DNA of 42,707 bases, from positions 1 to 42,707 of the forward strand of contig JAHLWZ010000933.1 in assembly GCA_020536535.1 (NCBI GenBank), in the 5' to 3' direction. A model generated the notes under the pieces. It was not told the DNA's origin. It did not search any database and saw only the letters and a program-made list of their open reading frames with translations. Origin of the DNA: Pelomyxa schiedti. Lineage: Eukaryota > Protista > Evosea. Shown one piece after another: positions 26,011 through 37,391 of the stretch. How positions within the stretch are numbered: position 1 is the first letter of the stretch; the number at the start of each line of letters is the position of its first letter. Made by a program: the position numbers and the translations under genes.

Positions 26011-27437
26011 CTATGAGAAAGTTGTCCACTTTGTGTGCATGTGGGGCTCAAGGAGTGCAGCTTTTTCATACATTCCAGGAAGTCCACCAGTGTGGATGAA
26101 GAGTACTCTCCTGCCTTGAAAAGCCGGGTCTTTAGTAACAGAAAGGAGAGCTTTGCCTGTGTAGGCAGTGTCCAGTATAAAGCCATTGAGCCTCGCAATA
26201 TCAACTATCTGAATAATTGGGGTGAAAAGGTGGAAATTGGCAAGTAAGTGAGTATACAAATTGTAATTCCTCTGGTGTACTTTCACCGTAGCCAATGCCC
26301 TGGTACCCATCATGTAGAGTAACTAAATCTTCTGACCGCCATCCTACATGTAGACCCTGCAAAATTTCATTTATCTCCCTGTGGAAAAAAGCCTGTGTGG
26401 ATCAGAATTCATGTTGTGCAAAAGGAAAGCAAACCGCATTGTCACAGGCACAGATTCCGTGAATTTTTATACCTGGCTTGCACAGTTTCATTCCAACTCC
26501 AAGTCCTGCAACAGTACCAGATGATCCACAAGAAACAACGATGTCATCAATTTGCACTGAGTGGCGTTTCATGTTTTTGCCCTACAAGGATGGAATCTTA
26601 CAATTCATGTGATCAATTTGGTTAGCAATCTCACAAGAAGCCTCAATGTATCCCCATGCGCCCAGTGATGTGGAGCCACCCATTGGGATAACATAGGGCT
26701 TACGGCCCTCACTTCGAAGCTTCTCAGCAACCCGTTCTAGAAAAGGTGCAAAGGTAGACCCAGCAGCATTATACTAAGAAGTTATGAGACGAGAAACCGC
26801 CAGTAAGGGTTTATTTTAACCTGCTCCACTGAAATCATGGTCACATCAGAACCCATGAATTGAGAAACAAGAAGGTTCCCACCCATTTTATTTTCCACAG
26901 CAGCAGGGTCTTTGACACGCAGAACCAAGTGGCTGTCCAGACCAACTTCCCTTGATGCAGCCGAAGTGGCGCGGCAGTGGTTCGATTGTAACCCTGAATT
27001 ATTATAGTGGTTGTTACATCAAAGAAACATGAACGAGTCACATTGACGAAATGCAAGTACAAAGTGTACACGATTTATGTGTGTTCCTGACATAATACAT
27101 AATACAAGGGGCAATTACCGCCAGAAGTCACGATACAATCACATCCCTTGGCCAGGGCGTCGGCCAGAAAGAACTCCAACTTGCGGACTTTGTTTCCCGT
27201 GGTGTAAAGGCCGGTCTCGTCGTCCCTCTTCACGTACACAACAGGGGCAGTGCTGGTGCCGGAAGCAGTAGTAGCAGCGGCGCCTTTTGTGGGCGTCGGC
27301 TGGGCCCCTGGCAGGATTATGGGCGAGGGAGTGATTCTCGTCGGCAGCATGGCCACTCGGACCCTGGATGTTGGGATCGAGTCCCTTGGCATCCACGTCA
27401 CCACCTCACTACGTCCTGGTGTGTACTCGCTCCCCAT
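26011..27437 (-). CDS. D-cysteine desulfhydrase (ACC deaminase/DCD PLP family)
   Basis: VKRDD...GNKVRKLEF (PLP lysine), [16 protein letters not shown] and IHTGG. Thr at the positions where ACC deaminases have Glu/Leu favours D-Cys desulfhydrase. Confidence 0.88.
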
Positions 27438-27680
27438 GTTGTCCCTTCGGCCTGTTCTTTTTTTTTTTTTTCCCCACTGCTATGATTCCAGGAACATTCT
27501 TGACCCTTATGTCAGCCAGAACACGTAAACACCTATTCTCCTAGGCTGGTATGACTCGGCGAATTCCTTTTATGAATGCTAGAACGAGGCTCTGTTACTG
27601 TTTGAGAAATGGCCTTTTAGGGCTGACACACTGGGCACCTCTAAACGAAGAGCTGTAAGGCTGTTATATTTTTCAACCAT

Positions 27681-29176
27681 TTAAAGTGGGAGCTTTAGAT
27701 GGAAGGTTTCAGTGAGATACGCGTGGATTAAATCGTGCTGTGGTGTGTGTTCGGTGCAGCGGATTAAGGGAAAGATTCCGCACTCCACCTCCTCGGCACT
27801 GAGTTGGTTGTGCTCAACACACAATTTGATCGCGGAGAGAAGACCTTTCTGATATGCAAGTCTCGCCCAGTAGCTTCTGGTGGAATCCGTTACAGCCGAG
27901 CGGGAAAGTGTGAATCGCTGGAGAATGACACGCGCGGCTTCCTGGTTACCAGCCAGAAGAGCAGCGCGCATTGTAGAAGAAAGGCGCTGGTTTAATTCGT
28001 AAGTCCGTGAAGTTGTGTAATACTCGTCCAGTGCGAATCTATCTATCAGGAAGCTGATCACTTCTGGGCCTTGACCAGTGCACGCATCACTAAGGAGGTT
28101 ATTGCTGAGAATATCTTTTCTGGTGACGCCCGTGGCATCAATAAGAGCCGCAACCAGAGACATATTATCTCTTTTCATCAGTGTGGCCAGCAGACCAATG
28201 CCGGTACACAAGCCGTCAAGAGCAACCCAGATGGGCTCCAAAAGATCGTGGGATGTCACTGACAGACGCTCTCGCAGCCACAGTATGAAGCTGTTGACTT
28301 CCTCTTTCGGCCTGGTCCTCAGTGATTTCGGTACCCGCACTCCCACCACTGATTTCACCTCACTTGACTTCAAAGGGTGATTCGCCAGTAGAACAATCGG
28401 TGAACTTGTAGTGCAAACGACCCACTCTCGGGGGGTTCCACATATCATGAACTCTTGCTTGGTGGCTCCCAATGTCTCTGCTGCCCACTTTAATGTACGT
28501 ATACTGCCCGTAGCAGCTGCCGCCCTCAGAACAGCGTTATTATTGCTTCGGATATGATGCGGCTTTAGCATGTACTTGCGAATCATCCAGTGCGCAACGC
28601 GCTGTGAGTCGGCACTAAACACTACCGGCAGCACAGCTTTCAAGTGGTCGAGCTGACTGGTTGCGGACCGCGCTGCTGTGCCACCAGCCTTTGGCTTAGC
28701 CACAGCACTGGATGCTGGTGGTGGAAGAGGAGTGCCAATTGCTTGTCCAGCCAATGCAACTCTTTTGTGTAGGCACAGAATATAATATCCGCCATATTAT
28801 TTTCCAGGTTAGAGCTCAATGACAAGATTCATTCAGAAGAAAAGTACAGAGGGAAGAACGCCTCGCCCAGGCATGCCAGAATAAACGCACGCTCTTTCGA
28901 TTCCGCCGGCAACAAATCGCCAAAAACAAAAGCTCTCCAAACGTTGTACGACACCTCCAATGCTCTCCTGGCCTCGTTCACTGTAAAGTTGGTGGGAAAA
29001 AAAAGAAAAAAAAAAACCCACAAAGAAAGGAAGACGAAGGTGAGAGTGGATTTACGTTTTTCACTAGGTAATGGACATGATACGGTGGTTGTGAGTGGTC
29101 TTGGAAATACGAGCCCACACGCTGCTGCCAACGATGATGTTTTCGGCAACGGAGGTGCCTCGGGGGGTGTAGTCAT
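27681..29176 (-). CDS. Hypothetical protein with degenerate ankyrin-like repeats
   Basis: 357-aa final exon with NNAVLRAAAATGSIRTLKW, LLSDACTGQGPEVISFL and MRAALLAGNQEAARVIL; upstream exons begin MTTPPEAPP. Confidence 0.6.
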
Positions 29177-29364
29177 TTGCTGTGGATTTTCGTTTTTTGT
29201 GAAACCGAACGATTCACGAAAACTTGTCAGTAAGTGGGGAAAAACCGCAGAAATGCCCTCACAGTGGAAGGAAGGCCTTCCTCAAGAGGTGGTACCGGTT
29301 TCCTCTCACTGAATCATGACTTTGTTATTCATGGATTGAATAAATTCACTATTTTTCATGTTCA

Positions 29365-30617
29365 TTAGTACCAAAAAGACAAATAATAAATAGCAGCAGG
29401 TAGTGGCGCCAAGTTAACAAGCTTTTGGCAGGTGCTCACAATAACAGAGCTGAAATAGTAAGATGCCATATAGTTGACAACAATTTCAGAAGATAGAAAC
29501 ATCACTGTCCCGTTTGTATTTAGGGCAAATCCCCCTTGTTCGGGGTCCTCCCCAGTCCCAAAGTCGCATAGAGTTTCGAGATACCCTAATTGCATTAATA
29601 CATTCAGAATAACGGAAAGCGGCAAAACCTGTCTGGAAATTATTCCAGTAAAGCGTATCTGTCAGCATGCCAAGTTCTCGATTTGTTTTGTCATAGGCAT
29701 TACAGTCTGTATACATGCCCTCTACTGTTCCCCATGTCATCATTTTCTGGAGAGAAATTAGTTTAAGAATGGACGCATTCAACTAAAAGCCTACCTTCGA
29801 AACTACTTTCGCACTGGCTATGTCAATTGTATAATAGTAGTTGTTGTAACTGTCAGGCCAGCACACTATTGTGTACTGCCTTAGCACTTGGTTCCAGGCA
29901 GTTGTTTCCCCACTGCAAATGGTCATCTTTCCCAGTGAAACGAGGTTGTTGCAAAGCCCAGTTTTTAAGTCAACCTGACAAATATAGTACCCATCACTAC
30001 GTTGAGCAGTAGCATATCTGCCTAGCAGGTTAGCACAAAACAGCAGCAAATTTCCTCAATGTAACGGTATACAAGAACTCGAAAACAAAAACTCACAGGT
30101 TTCCGGTGGCGGAATCAAAAGCAAGTCCCACAAAGTAGTTGATGGCTGGATCGACATCAATCTTCCCCAGAAATTCCCCAGTATTCAAGTCAACTTGCAC
30201 CAGGAAGTTGCTCATCAAAATGGCTACATAAACCTTGGAAGGTTTAACTCAATTAAGTGGACAAGGTTTAACGGGATGTATGTTTATGATTAAAAGTGAG
30301 CCATCTCATCAATTATTATTATTTAGACACGTATCCGATGCGTATAGAAGTATTAAAGCCACTCAATCGTGTACCTCCCGAATGGTGTCAACCACGCCCG
30401 AGTAAGGAATGGCAGAGTAGTGAGGCAGCACACACAGGGTGTTCCAGTGGCCCGTGTCAGTGTCCACAGTCATTACCCACGACGCCAGTGGGTCGGATGT
30501 TTGGTTCCGTGTGGGCGGTGTGATACCCACCACCACACTACCCCCCACTCGTTCCACATTGAGAATTGTCGCAAACACAACGACCAGAGCGATACCTACA
30601 ACATAACCGGCACCCAT
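29365..30617 (-). CDS. Hypothetical secreted or surface protein, beta-rich, multi-exon
   Basis: N-terminal hydrophobic signal sequence; repeated (V/I)D-x-x-TG strand-turn motifs suggestive of a beta-propeller; 3' end uncertain. Confidence 0.5.
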
Positions 30618-30778
30618 GATAGAAACTTCAACTTATAAAAAAAAAACGGCCGTTGGTGCTTCACCGAATCTGATCGTGCAATTGGTTATGAGAGTTTGAA
30701 ACAACAGATCTCTTCTTTTTTCGATTATTTTCATACCTGAAAGGTATTTGTGACAAATGCGTACGACACAGGCACAAT

Positions 30779-33700
30779 TCAAAAGAGAGCAAAAGGTTGC
30801 CCCACACTCTTTGAGACCCAAGGTGATTGCTCTCCGCTCGAAAGTGTCTGAACCATCACAATGATGCTGTCAACAAGGTCGTTGAAGGGAGTGCCCGGCT
30901 TGGTCTGCTCCACCACTGTTTTTATTTGAGTCGTGGTTGGTTTGGTTGCTCTGAGTGTGAGTGGGGTGGATTTTGATATATTATCAACATTGGACTGACA
31001 GACCTTCCATGAGGCATCCAGTGAAGAACCCATGGTTTCTCCTGTTTGGCAATTTGCATTCGTCTCCGGTCAACTTTCCTTTTTGTGTTTTGTTTTGTTA
31101 TTTGTCTTTTGGTTGTTTTTATTTATTTGACTTGGTTTGTTTGGTTGGGGGAGGAACCAGGGCTTGTTGGATATAAAACAAAGCATCCATGTGGGAAATC
31201 TTCCTTTGCCAAGTCAACCTTTTTCTTTGTTCCAAAACCGCGTGTCTTGGCCAGGAGGACAAGAAAATATGATGAGTGAACATAAGGGTCAAAAAAGAGA
31301 AGAGCGATGGAAATGGCACACACATACCCTCTCTTCATCCCTGTCATCTGATTCACGGCAAGCATCCAAGATGCCAATCACGAGGTTGGAGTGTTTCTTC
31401 AGGCCATCCAAAATGTCACCAAGCATGGGTGCTCTGAACTTCACAATGTCAAAGTTTTTGTCTGTGAACGCTATTTCATCCCCGGTCATCATCAAGAAGT
31501 TGTGCCCCTTCATTTGCCTCCCATGACCGGCAAAGAAAAACAGACTTGCAACCTTTTAAATGTATGAATATTGAGTAGGAAAAAGTGTGACAGCACTTAC
31601 ATTGTTTCCTGCTTTCTTGCACTCTTTCAGAGTTGTCTTGAACTTTTCAATGTGAGACGAGAAGTCTTGAAGCGATGGGACATCACTGAGATGTGTCACT
31701 TGAAACTTGCACACTCTCTCAAGAAACTATCATTGTGCGTAGAGTGTGCACTGTTCGTCAGTGAAATTCAGAAGAGAGAGGGATCAAAGCAAAAAACCTG
31801 TGAAAACTGGGCAGCATCATGGAGTGTGTTCTGCAGTGGCAACTGACAATAAGCTCCGTTTCCAACAACAAACGCAAAACACTTGAAATTCAAGTCAACC
31901 AGGCTCCTCATGACCCTTTCTGCAGGTTGAATTTGTTGCTGTTGTTGAAGTGATGTTGAATGCGTTGGTGGTTTGTTGTTGTTGTTATCAGAGAGGAGGG
32001 CTTTAATCTCTTCGATGATAAACTCTGCATCCCCAACAACAATGCCAAGAGCACACAGCTGCCCAACTGTGTAATTAGCAAGGGTTCTCCCCCGCAGTTT
32101 GTTGAGCCTGAGGATGTCGAGGCACGGTTCTTCAACGCCTTTGGATGCCAGCCACTCGCACACTTGTGTCACACTGGCTGTGTGAATCTCGAAAGGAGAT
32201 CCAAGTCTGTTCCCAACAGAGGGTGTGGTGGATGGCGGCGCCGCTGCGGAAGGAACCGGTGGTGTGGGTTCAGAAGGGGCAACTGACAGCTCACTTCTTG
32301 TGGACGGAAGTGGCGGGTCCCCACTTGTTGCTGTTGGTGTCGGCTGTGTTGAAACAGCGCAAGTTGAGTGTATTTCTGTTTGCTGCTGATTGGAAGGAAT
32401 ACCGCTCAGTGCGGAAGAATGTGCCTCGGTAATTGCAGAAATAACTGCCGCCTTCGTGGTATCTTTTTGAAAAGTTGAGTGTGACAAAATGAGTTGGAAG
32501 GGATTGTTTATCACCATTTGTCGCTGGATGATCATCCCTGAGAATATCCAGGGGCCGAGGCGGTGGTGCCTTTGGTTTTGGAACGCAGCTTATTTTGGTT
32601 TCTTGTGGGGGTGCCATCGCTGATGACGCAGGACTTGGATTTTGTTTTGTATCGTTCCACTCCTCCTTGGAGACCAAAACACCATCCTCATACTGAACTA
32701 CGAATTGTTGTCCAGTGAGGGGAGCGACCATGAAACCTCCCCCATGAAGAACAGGGAAGAAGGAACTCACTTTTATCTTGACGACCTTCCACGTGCACGC
32801 TGTGATTGACTCGACTGTAGCAGCGGAGATGAGGTCTTTCGGTGTGGGGGTCTCGCTTGAAGGGTTCGCCGACACAGGGGATACATGATATTGAGTTAAC
32901 CCCGCAGCTGGGTGGTTGGCGATATCAGGTTCATCGTTGACCCAAAAACACTTGAGAATTCGACTGCCATCAGCCCAAGTGTATGTCATCTCTCCCTCTC
33001 TGTGGTCATGCAGGAAATTTCCTGTCATGGTGAATGCAGTGACACCCTCAGAAGGAGGGTATGAAAACACTACGGGACCCTCCAATGAATCGTTTGTCCA
33101 TTCCCCAGAACACACAAGACCATCTAGCCATTTCTCTGTACCCTTTCCCTCCTTGTAGTCGTCCTTCCAGTAACCAGACCACACAGTCCCATTGGACGCA
33201 TCTGTAAAGACACCGAATCCATTCCTATTGCCATCGCTCAACTCCCCATCATACATAGACCCATCATTGTACCGATACACACCTCTTCCCTCCATCCGAC
33301 CCTCCTTCCACTCCCCAGCATAGCCTCCCTTGCCAGAGGAGAAAACCCCCTTTCCATGCATCAGCCCATCCTTGAAATCTCCCTCATACTTCATGCCGTT
33401 ATACTTCAGTGCGCCCCTTCCGTTCCGCTCGTCGTCGGCCCACTCCCCGGAGTAGCGGGTGCCGTCCTTTTCGGTGCTGGTGCCAAACCCGTGCTTCATC
33501 CCTTTCCTCCACTGCCCGGAGTAGCAGCTCCCATCCGGGCAATGCGACATCCTTCCGTCGCCGTCCCGCTCGTCGTCGCACCACTCCCCCTCGTAGACGG
33601 ACCCGTCGGGGAACTTGTACTTCCCTTGGCCGTGCCTCTTGCCGGACCTCCATTGGCCCGTGTACACGCCAGAGTGCGAGTACTTCAATGTGCCGGTGCC

Positions 33701-33844
33701 GTGCCTTTGTCCGTCCACTATGTCGCCGTTGTAGGTTCCTTCCGAGTCTTTGATCTTCCCCTTGGTGATTACTGAACCATCCGGTGTCGTGCGTGGTGCT
33801 TCGCTGCCTGCACCTCGACTGTTTGGCAGCAACTTCCTCAGCAT
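30779..33844 (-). CDS. MORN-repeat - SAM - caspase-fold (peptidase C14) protein
   Basis: About 10 YxGxWxxGxxxGxG repeats; a 52-nt GT-AG intron (32463-32514) joins in frame to a Pro/Thr linker; SAM (QVCEWLASKGV...NKLRGRTL...LCALGI); FVVGNGAY..LQNTLHDA, FFAGHG, ILDACR, YPTSPG, HGFFTGCL and QSPWVS. Confidence 0.85.
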
Positions 33845-33903
33845 CGTTTCGTTTTTTGATGATGATCGTCGAAAAGGTTAAAAAAAAATCTGTGGGATTC
33901 TCA

Positions 33904-35445
33904 TCAGTCCTTCCTTATCCTCTTTTCAAGGAAAAGGCGCTGGTGGTGCTGAGTGCAAGGTGCCCTCTTGGCACCTGCTTCGGTTGTTTGTTCATTTCCT
34001 TGTTGTGGTTGTGGTTGTGGTTGTGAAGTGGGATATGGTTGTTGGGGCTCCTCCCTGAACTTGGTCTCTTTGAATGCAAGAAACGTGGCTCCACAGCTGG
34101 GATCAACAAATGAGAACTCTTTCTCATCCACGTCACTGTGATAGATGAGCCCACAGCAATCTCCCCAATGCCCGGCAGTTGCACTCAGGGTGAACTCTGG
34201 TTCAGGGGGGTGGCCAGATTGATACTGGGAAAGGAGGCTGTTGACGTCGTACACGTCCACTGATCGTGTGGCAGCACACGTATGTGATCGCTCTGCCGAA
34301 CAGGCATAGAAGTGGCTGTTGTCAATCCTCTCAACCGTGGATATTCCCCCAATGTCTACGTCGCAGTCTTGTCCAGGGAGGGTGTCGGCAGAGTACCTGG
34401 CCCTCCACACTGTGTCGTTCTCCCTCAGCTTTCCAATTGTCACTCTGCGGCCTTCGTTGGTCCACAACTTACAATCCTGGGGTGCCCGGAAGAAATCGGC
34501 ACCGGCGTCTGGAATGAAGCGAACCTTGACGAGAGTCTCGGCTTTGTAAGACCCTTCGAGGTCAACAACTGTGACACCACCTTTGCCCCTGACGAGCAAC
34601 TCGTCAGAGTGGCAACGGAAGTCAATCGCAGGAATTTCCGATTCGTGCTTGATAGTCACATACGGTATGCACGGGAAATAGGGCGCACCAGGTGGAATTT
34701 GGTCCTTTACAAGCTCCAGGATTTCTCGCTCCTTCCGTCGCTCTGCTGCTGGATTGGGTGGGCACTGCCAACCCTCTTCATCACCCTCATCGCAGCTGCG
34801 GCTATTGCTGTCACTTTGACTGCCCTGGCTTGTCAGGAACTCGTCAGGAATCCTCCATACCTTGATAGAGGTCTCTGACTTCCACAGCACTGCCCACTTG
34901 GGAGGCCAGCTCCACCTTGGCGGATCGTGCCTCATTTTTGATTTCTCCAGCATGGCCACTGCCCGATTCCTCACCATGTCCTCGATGATGTAGTACTTGT
35001 AATTGAACCTCACAGCGGCATACGTGCTGCTCAGGAAGCACTCCACCTCTCTAACACCGCCTTCAGCGCCAACTTCGCCAACGAACCTCATCCTCAGCGG
35101 GGCCGTGAGTGCAAGGGTGGCAGGTGACACTTCAAACCAGGCAACGTATTTTCTGCCGGGGTCATACTTCACACGCCTTCTTTTCGGTTTTTTTCCACCT
35201 CCACGGCCGGCGGTTGTGATTGTTGTTGTGTCTATTTCTATGTCGGGCTTCGCCCTTCCGATGCGCCACACAAGTAGGTTACGCGTGGCTGCTTTGAGCA
35301 GGTACTCCTTGACTATTAGCCGGATCAGTGGAGGTGTCAGAAATGATGCGTAGCTTGATGCTCCACACCTGACCACCATGCAACAACACAGTGACATGGC
35401 CTGCTGCCTGCCGTCAATCCACCTCGTCATGCTCATTCGGTACAT
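33904..35445 (-). CDS. Single-exon hypothetical protein of a probable lineage-specific family
   Basis: 513-aa ORF. N-terminal RQQAMSLCCCMVVRCGASSYASFLTPPLIRLI resembles a motif I associate with expanded Pelomyxa hypothetical proteins; beta-rich body. Confidence 0.7.
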   Translation of the reverse strand: MYRMSMTRWIDGRQQAMSLCCCMVVRCGASSYASFLTPPLIRLIVKEYLLKAATRNLLVWRIGRAKPDIEIDTTTITTAGRGGGKKPKRRRVKYDPGRKYVAWFEVSPATLALTAPLRMRFVGEVGAEGGVREVECFLSSTYAAVRFNYKYYIIEDMVRNRAVAMLEKSKMRHDPPRWSWPPKWAVLWKSETSIKVWRIPDEFLTSQGSQSDSNSRSCDEGDEEGWQCPPNPAAERRKEREILELVKDQIPPGAPYFPCIPYVTIKHESEIPAIDFRCHSDELLVRGKGGVTVVDLEGSYKAETLVKVRFIPDAGADFFRAPQDCKLWTNEGRRVTIGKLRENDTVWRARYSADTLPGQDCDVDIGGISTVERIDNSHFYACSAERSHTCAATRSVDVYDVNSLLSQYQSGHPPEPEFTLSATAGHWGDCCGLIYHSDVDEKEFSFVDPSCGATFLAFKETKFREEPQQPYPTSQPQPQPQQGNEQTTEAGAKRAPCTQHHQRLFLEKRIRKD

Positions 35446-35552
35446 CTCGCCTTTAGATAAAGATCAAACAAACTCTCACGTTTGAGCGAAAGGTCGTTTT
35501 TCGCAATCACTTGGCGGTTGCTGTAGCTTATTTAAACGTCGCCTTGGCCAAG

Positions 35553-36900
35553 ATGGTGAAGGTGTGCCGCGTTGGGTTTGTGTCCAACTCTTCGTCGGTG
35601 TCGTACTACGTGCTGTGGACTGACAAGCCAGTTGACGAAGTGCGTCAAGCGACGCTGTCGTGCGCCGACGCCTCACAGCTCGCCGACGAAGTTGCTGGCC
35701 TGGATCCCGAGTGCCTCACAGTTGTGTAAGATGCCTTCTGAGGGACAACAACAAAAACAAGCAGCCAACTTACAATTAATGTTGACTTGGTATTCACAGG
35801 TCGCGGTATGCTGCCTCCACCACCGCACTTCGTTGCCACCGTCGTGGTATCAGGAAGATATAGTGTCACCTGGTACGCAAAGTGCCTCTTATCCTCCACG
35901 CCCCTCACCCTCACCATATCCACCAGCTCCTCCACCTTCATATTCACCCTCATCCTCTGCATTACCGCCTCCACCATTGCCACCACCTACCCCACTTCCA
36001 CTTTCACCACAATATCAGCCCTTGTCATCTGAATCATCATTTCCACCCACACTATACCAATATTCACCTTCACCCTCTTCATTCCCACCTCCTCCATCCC
36101 AGTATCCTCCTGGGTTTTCTCAATTTCCTCCTGTCCCGTCCCAATATCCACAATACTCATCTTCATCTCCACCATACCCATATCCACCGTACCCATATCC
36201 ATCACCACAACTACCATATCCACCCTGCCCTTATCCACCCTCTCCGTATCCACTGTACCCATATGCATATCCACCATCCCCATATCCACCGTCCCCTTAT
36301 CCGCCTCCTTCCTTCCCTGGAAACTTTGAGTGCGAGATTTTTGTATGCCACGATTGTATGTTGTCAGTGCAGTCTTGGATGGACAAAATAGCAGGCTGGG
36401 TGCGGCGAAGAACTCTCGCTATTTCTAAAACCACTCCTGAAAAAAAGGCATCCCTCTCACTCAAATCAGGATAACACGTGCTTAGAACTGTCAAGCTACA
36501 AACAAGGATGCATCCACCAGTGGTGATTCAAATTTACCAAAACCACTTGATAAGGTGTCTCTTACACAAATTTTCAAATGGGTTGTCTTCCGGGAGCCCG
36601 GGCCACCCAAGTCACTTGTAGCACTCTGTCGAGCAACCAAAGCGATACTAAGATTGAGTCTAGTGTGCCGGAGGTGTGCACTTTCTTTACAGAACAACGA
36701 ATCACTTTTAAACAACAACAACAAAAGCTGGAGGGAAGCAGCTCTTGATGACCAAGTTTGGATTGATATTGTGAGGAACAGCCCCGCCAAGAATTTCATG
36801 CCTGGATGGTGAGTGACATGTATCTTTCTTAATTTATCTCACAAATGAAACAAAACAAGGTGGACTGATCCAACTGTGGGTTGCAAACCACACCTTGATC
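35553..36900 (+). CDS. Hypothetical protein(s): N-terminal GFVSNSSS motif, Pro/Tyr-rich tract and F-box-like segment; exon connectivity uncertain
   Basis: MVKVCRVGFVSNSSSVSYYVLW; PPYPYPP repeats at 35880-36315; LTQIFKWV...LRLSLVCRR|WREAALDDQVW (F-box-like) at 36555-36790. Confidence 0.45.
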
Positions 36901-36980
36901 GTGTGGAGACCTGTAGAGAACTCACGATGAGGGTGTGGAAGATTTCCTAAGCGTTGGAGGCACAACCAATACCCAGGCTC

Positions 36981-37197
36981 GCACCAAACTTCTGGAGATT
37001 GATGCACAGGAGGCCAATGTCCACCCAGAAGCATGTCATACAACACCTTGCAACATGCAGAACCGGCACAGTTGCTTACGCAAGCCTCAGCCCTCTGTAT
37101 GGCAATTTAGGTGGCACAGCACTCTCAAACGTGCTCAGCAGCCCAGCAACAAAGACCTTTAGTTAAAAAACACAAAACCGACCAAGTTGGTTCGATT
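36981..37197 (+). repeat. Diverged direct repeat, copy 1 (partner at 42081-42196)
   Basis: GCACCAAACTTCTGGAGATTGATGCACAGGAGGCC...AGGTGGCACAGCACTCTCAAACGTGCTCAGCAGC...ACCAAGTTGG matches the copy at 42081. Confidence 0.8.
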
Positions 37198-37391
37198 ACT
37201 TGGGAGGGTTGTTCTTCAGTGGTGGATGGAAAATCTGCTCTTTTTGATTTATCTGGCCCAGAAAATGTGCTTGTCCTGCAGCAGTCCCTGTGCATGGAAG
37301 GGAGAAAGGATTTTTGTTTGTGAGATTCTCTTTCAGTGAAATAAAAACACAGGACAAACTTGTGCTTGTATGTTTCTGCGATGGTGGTGCC

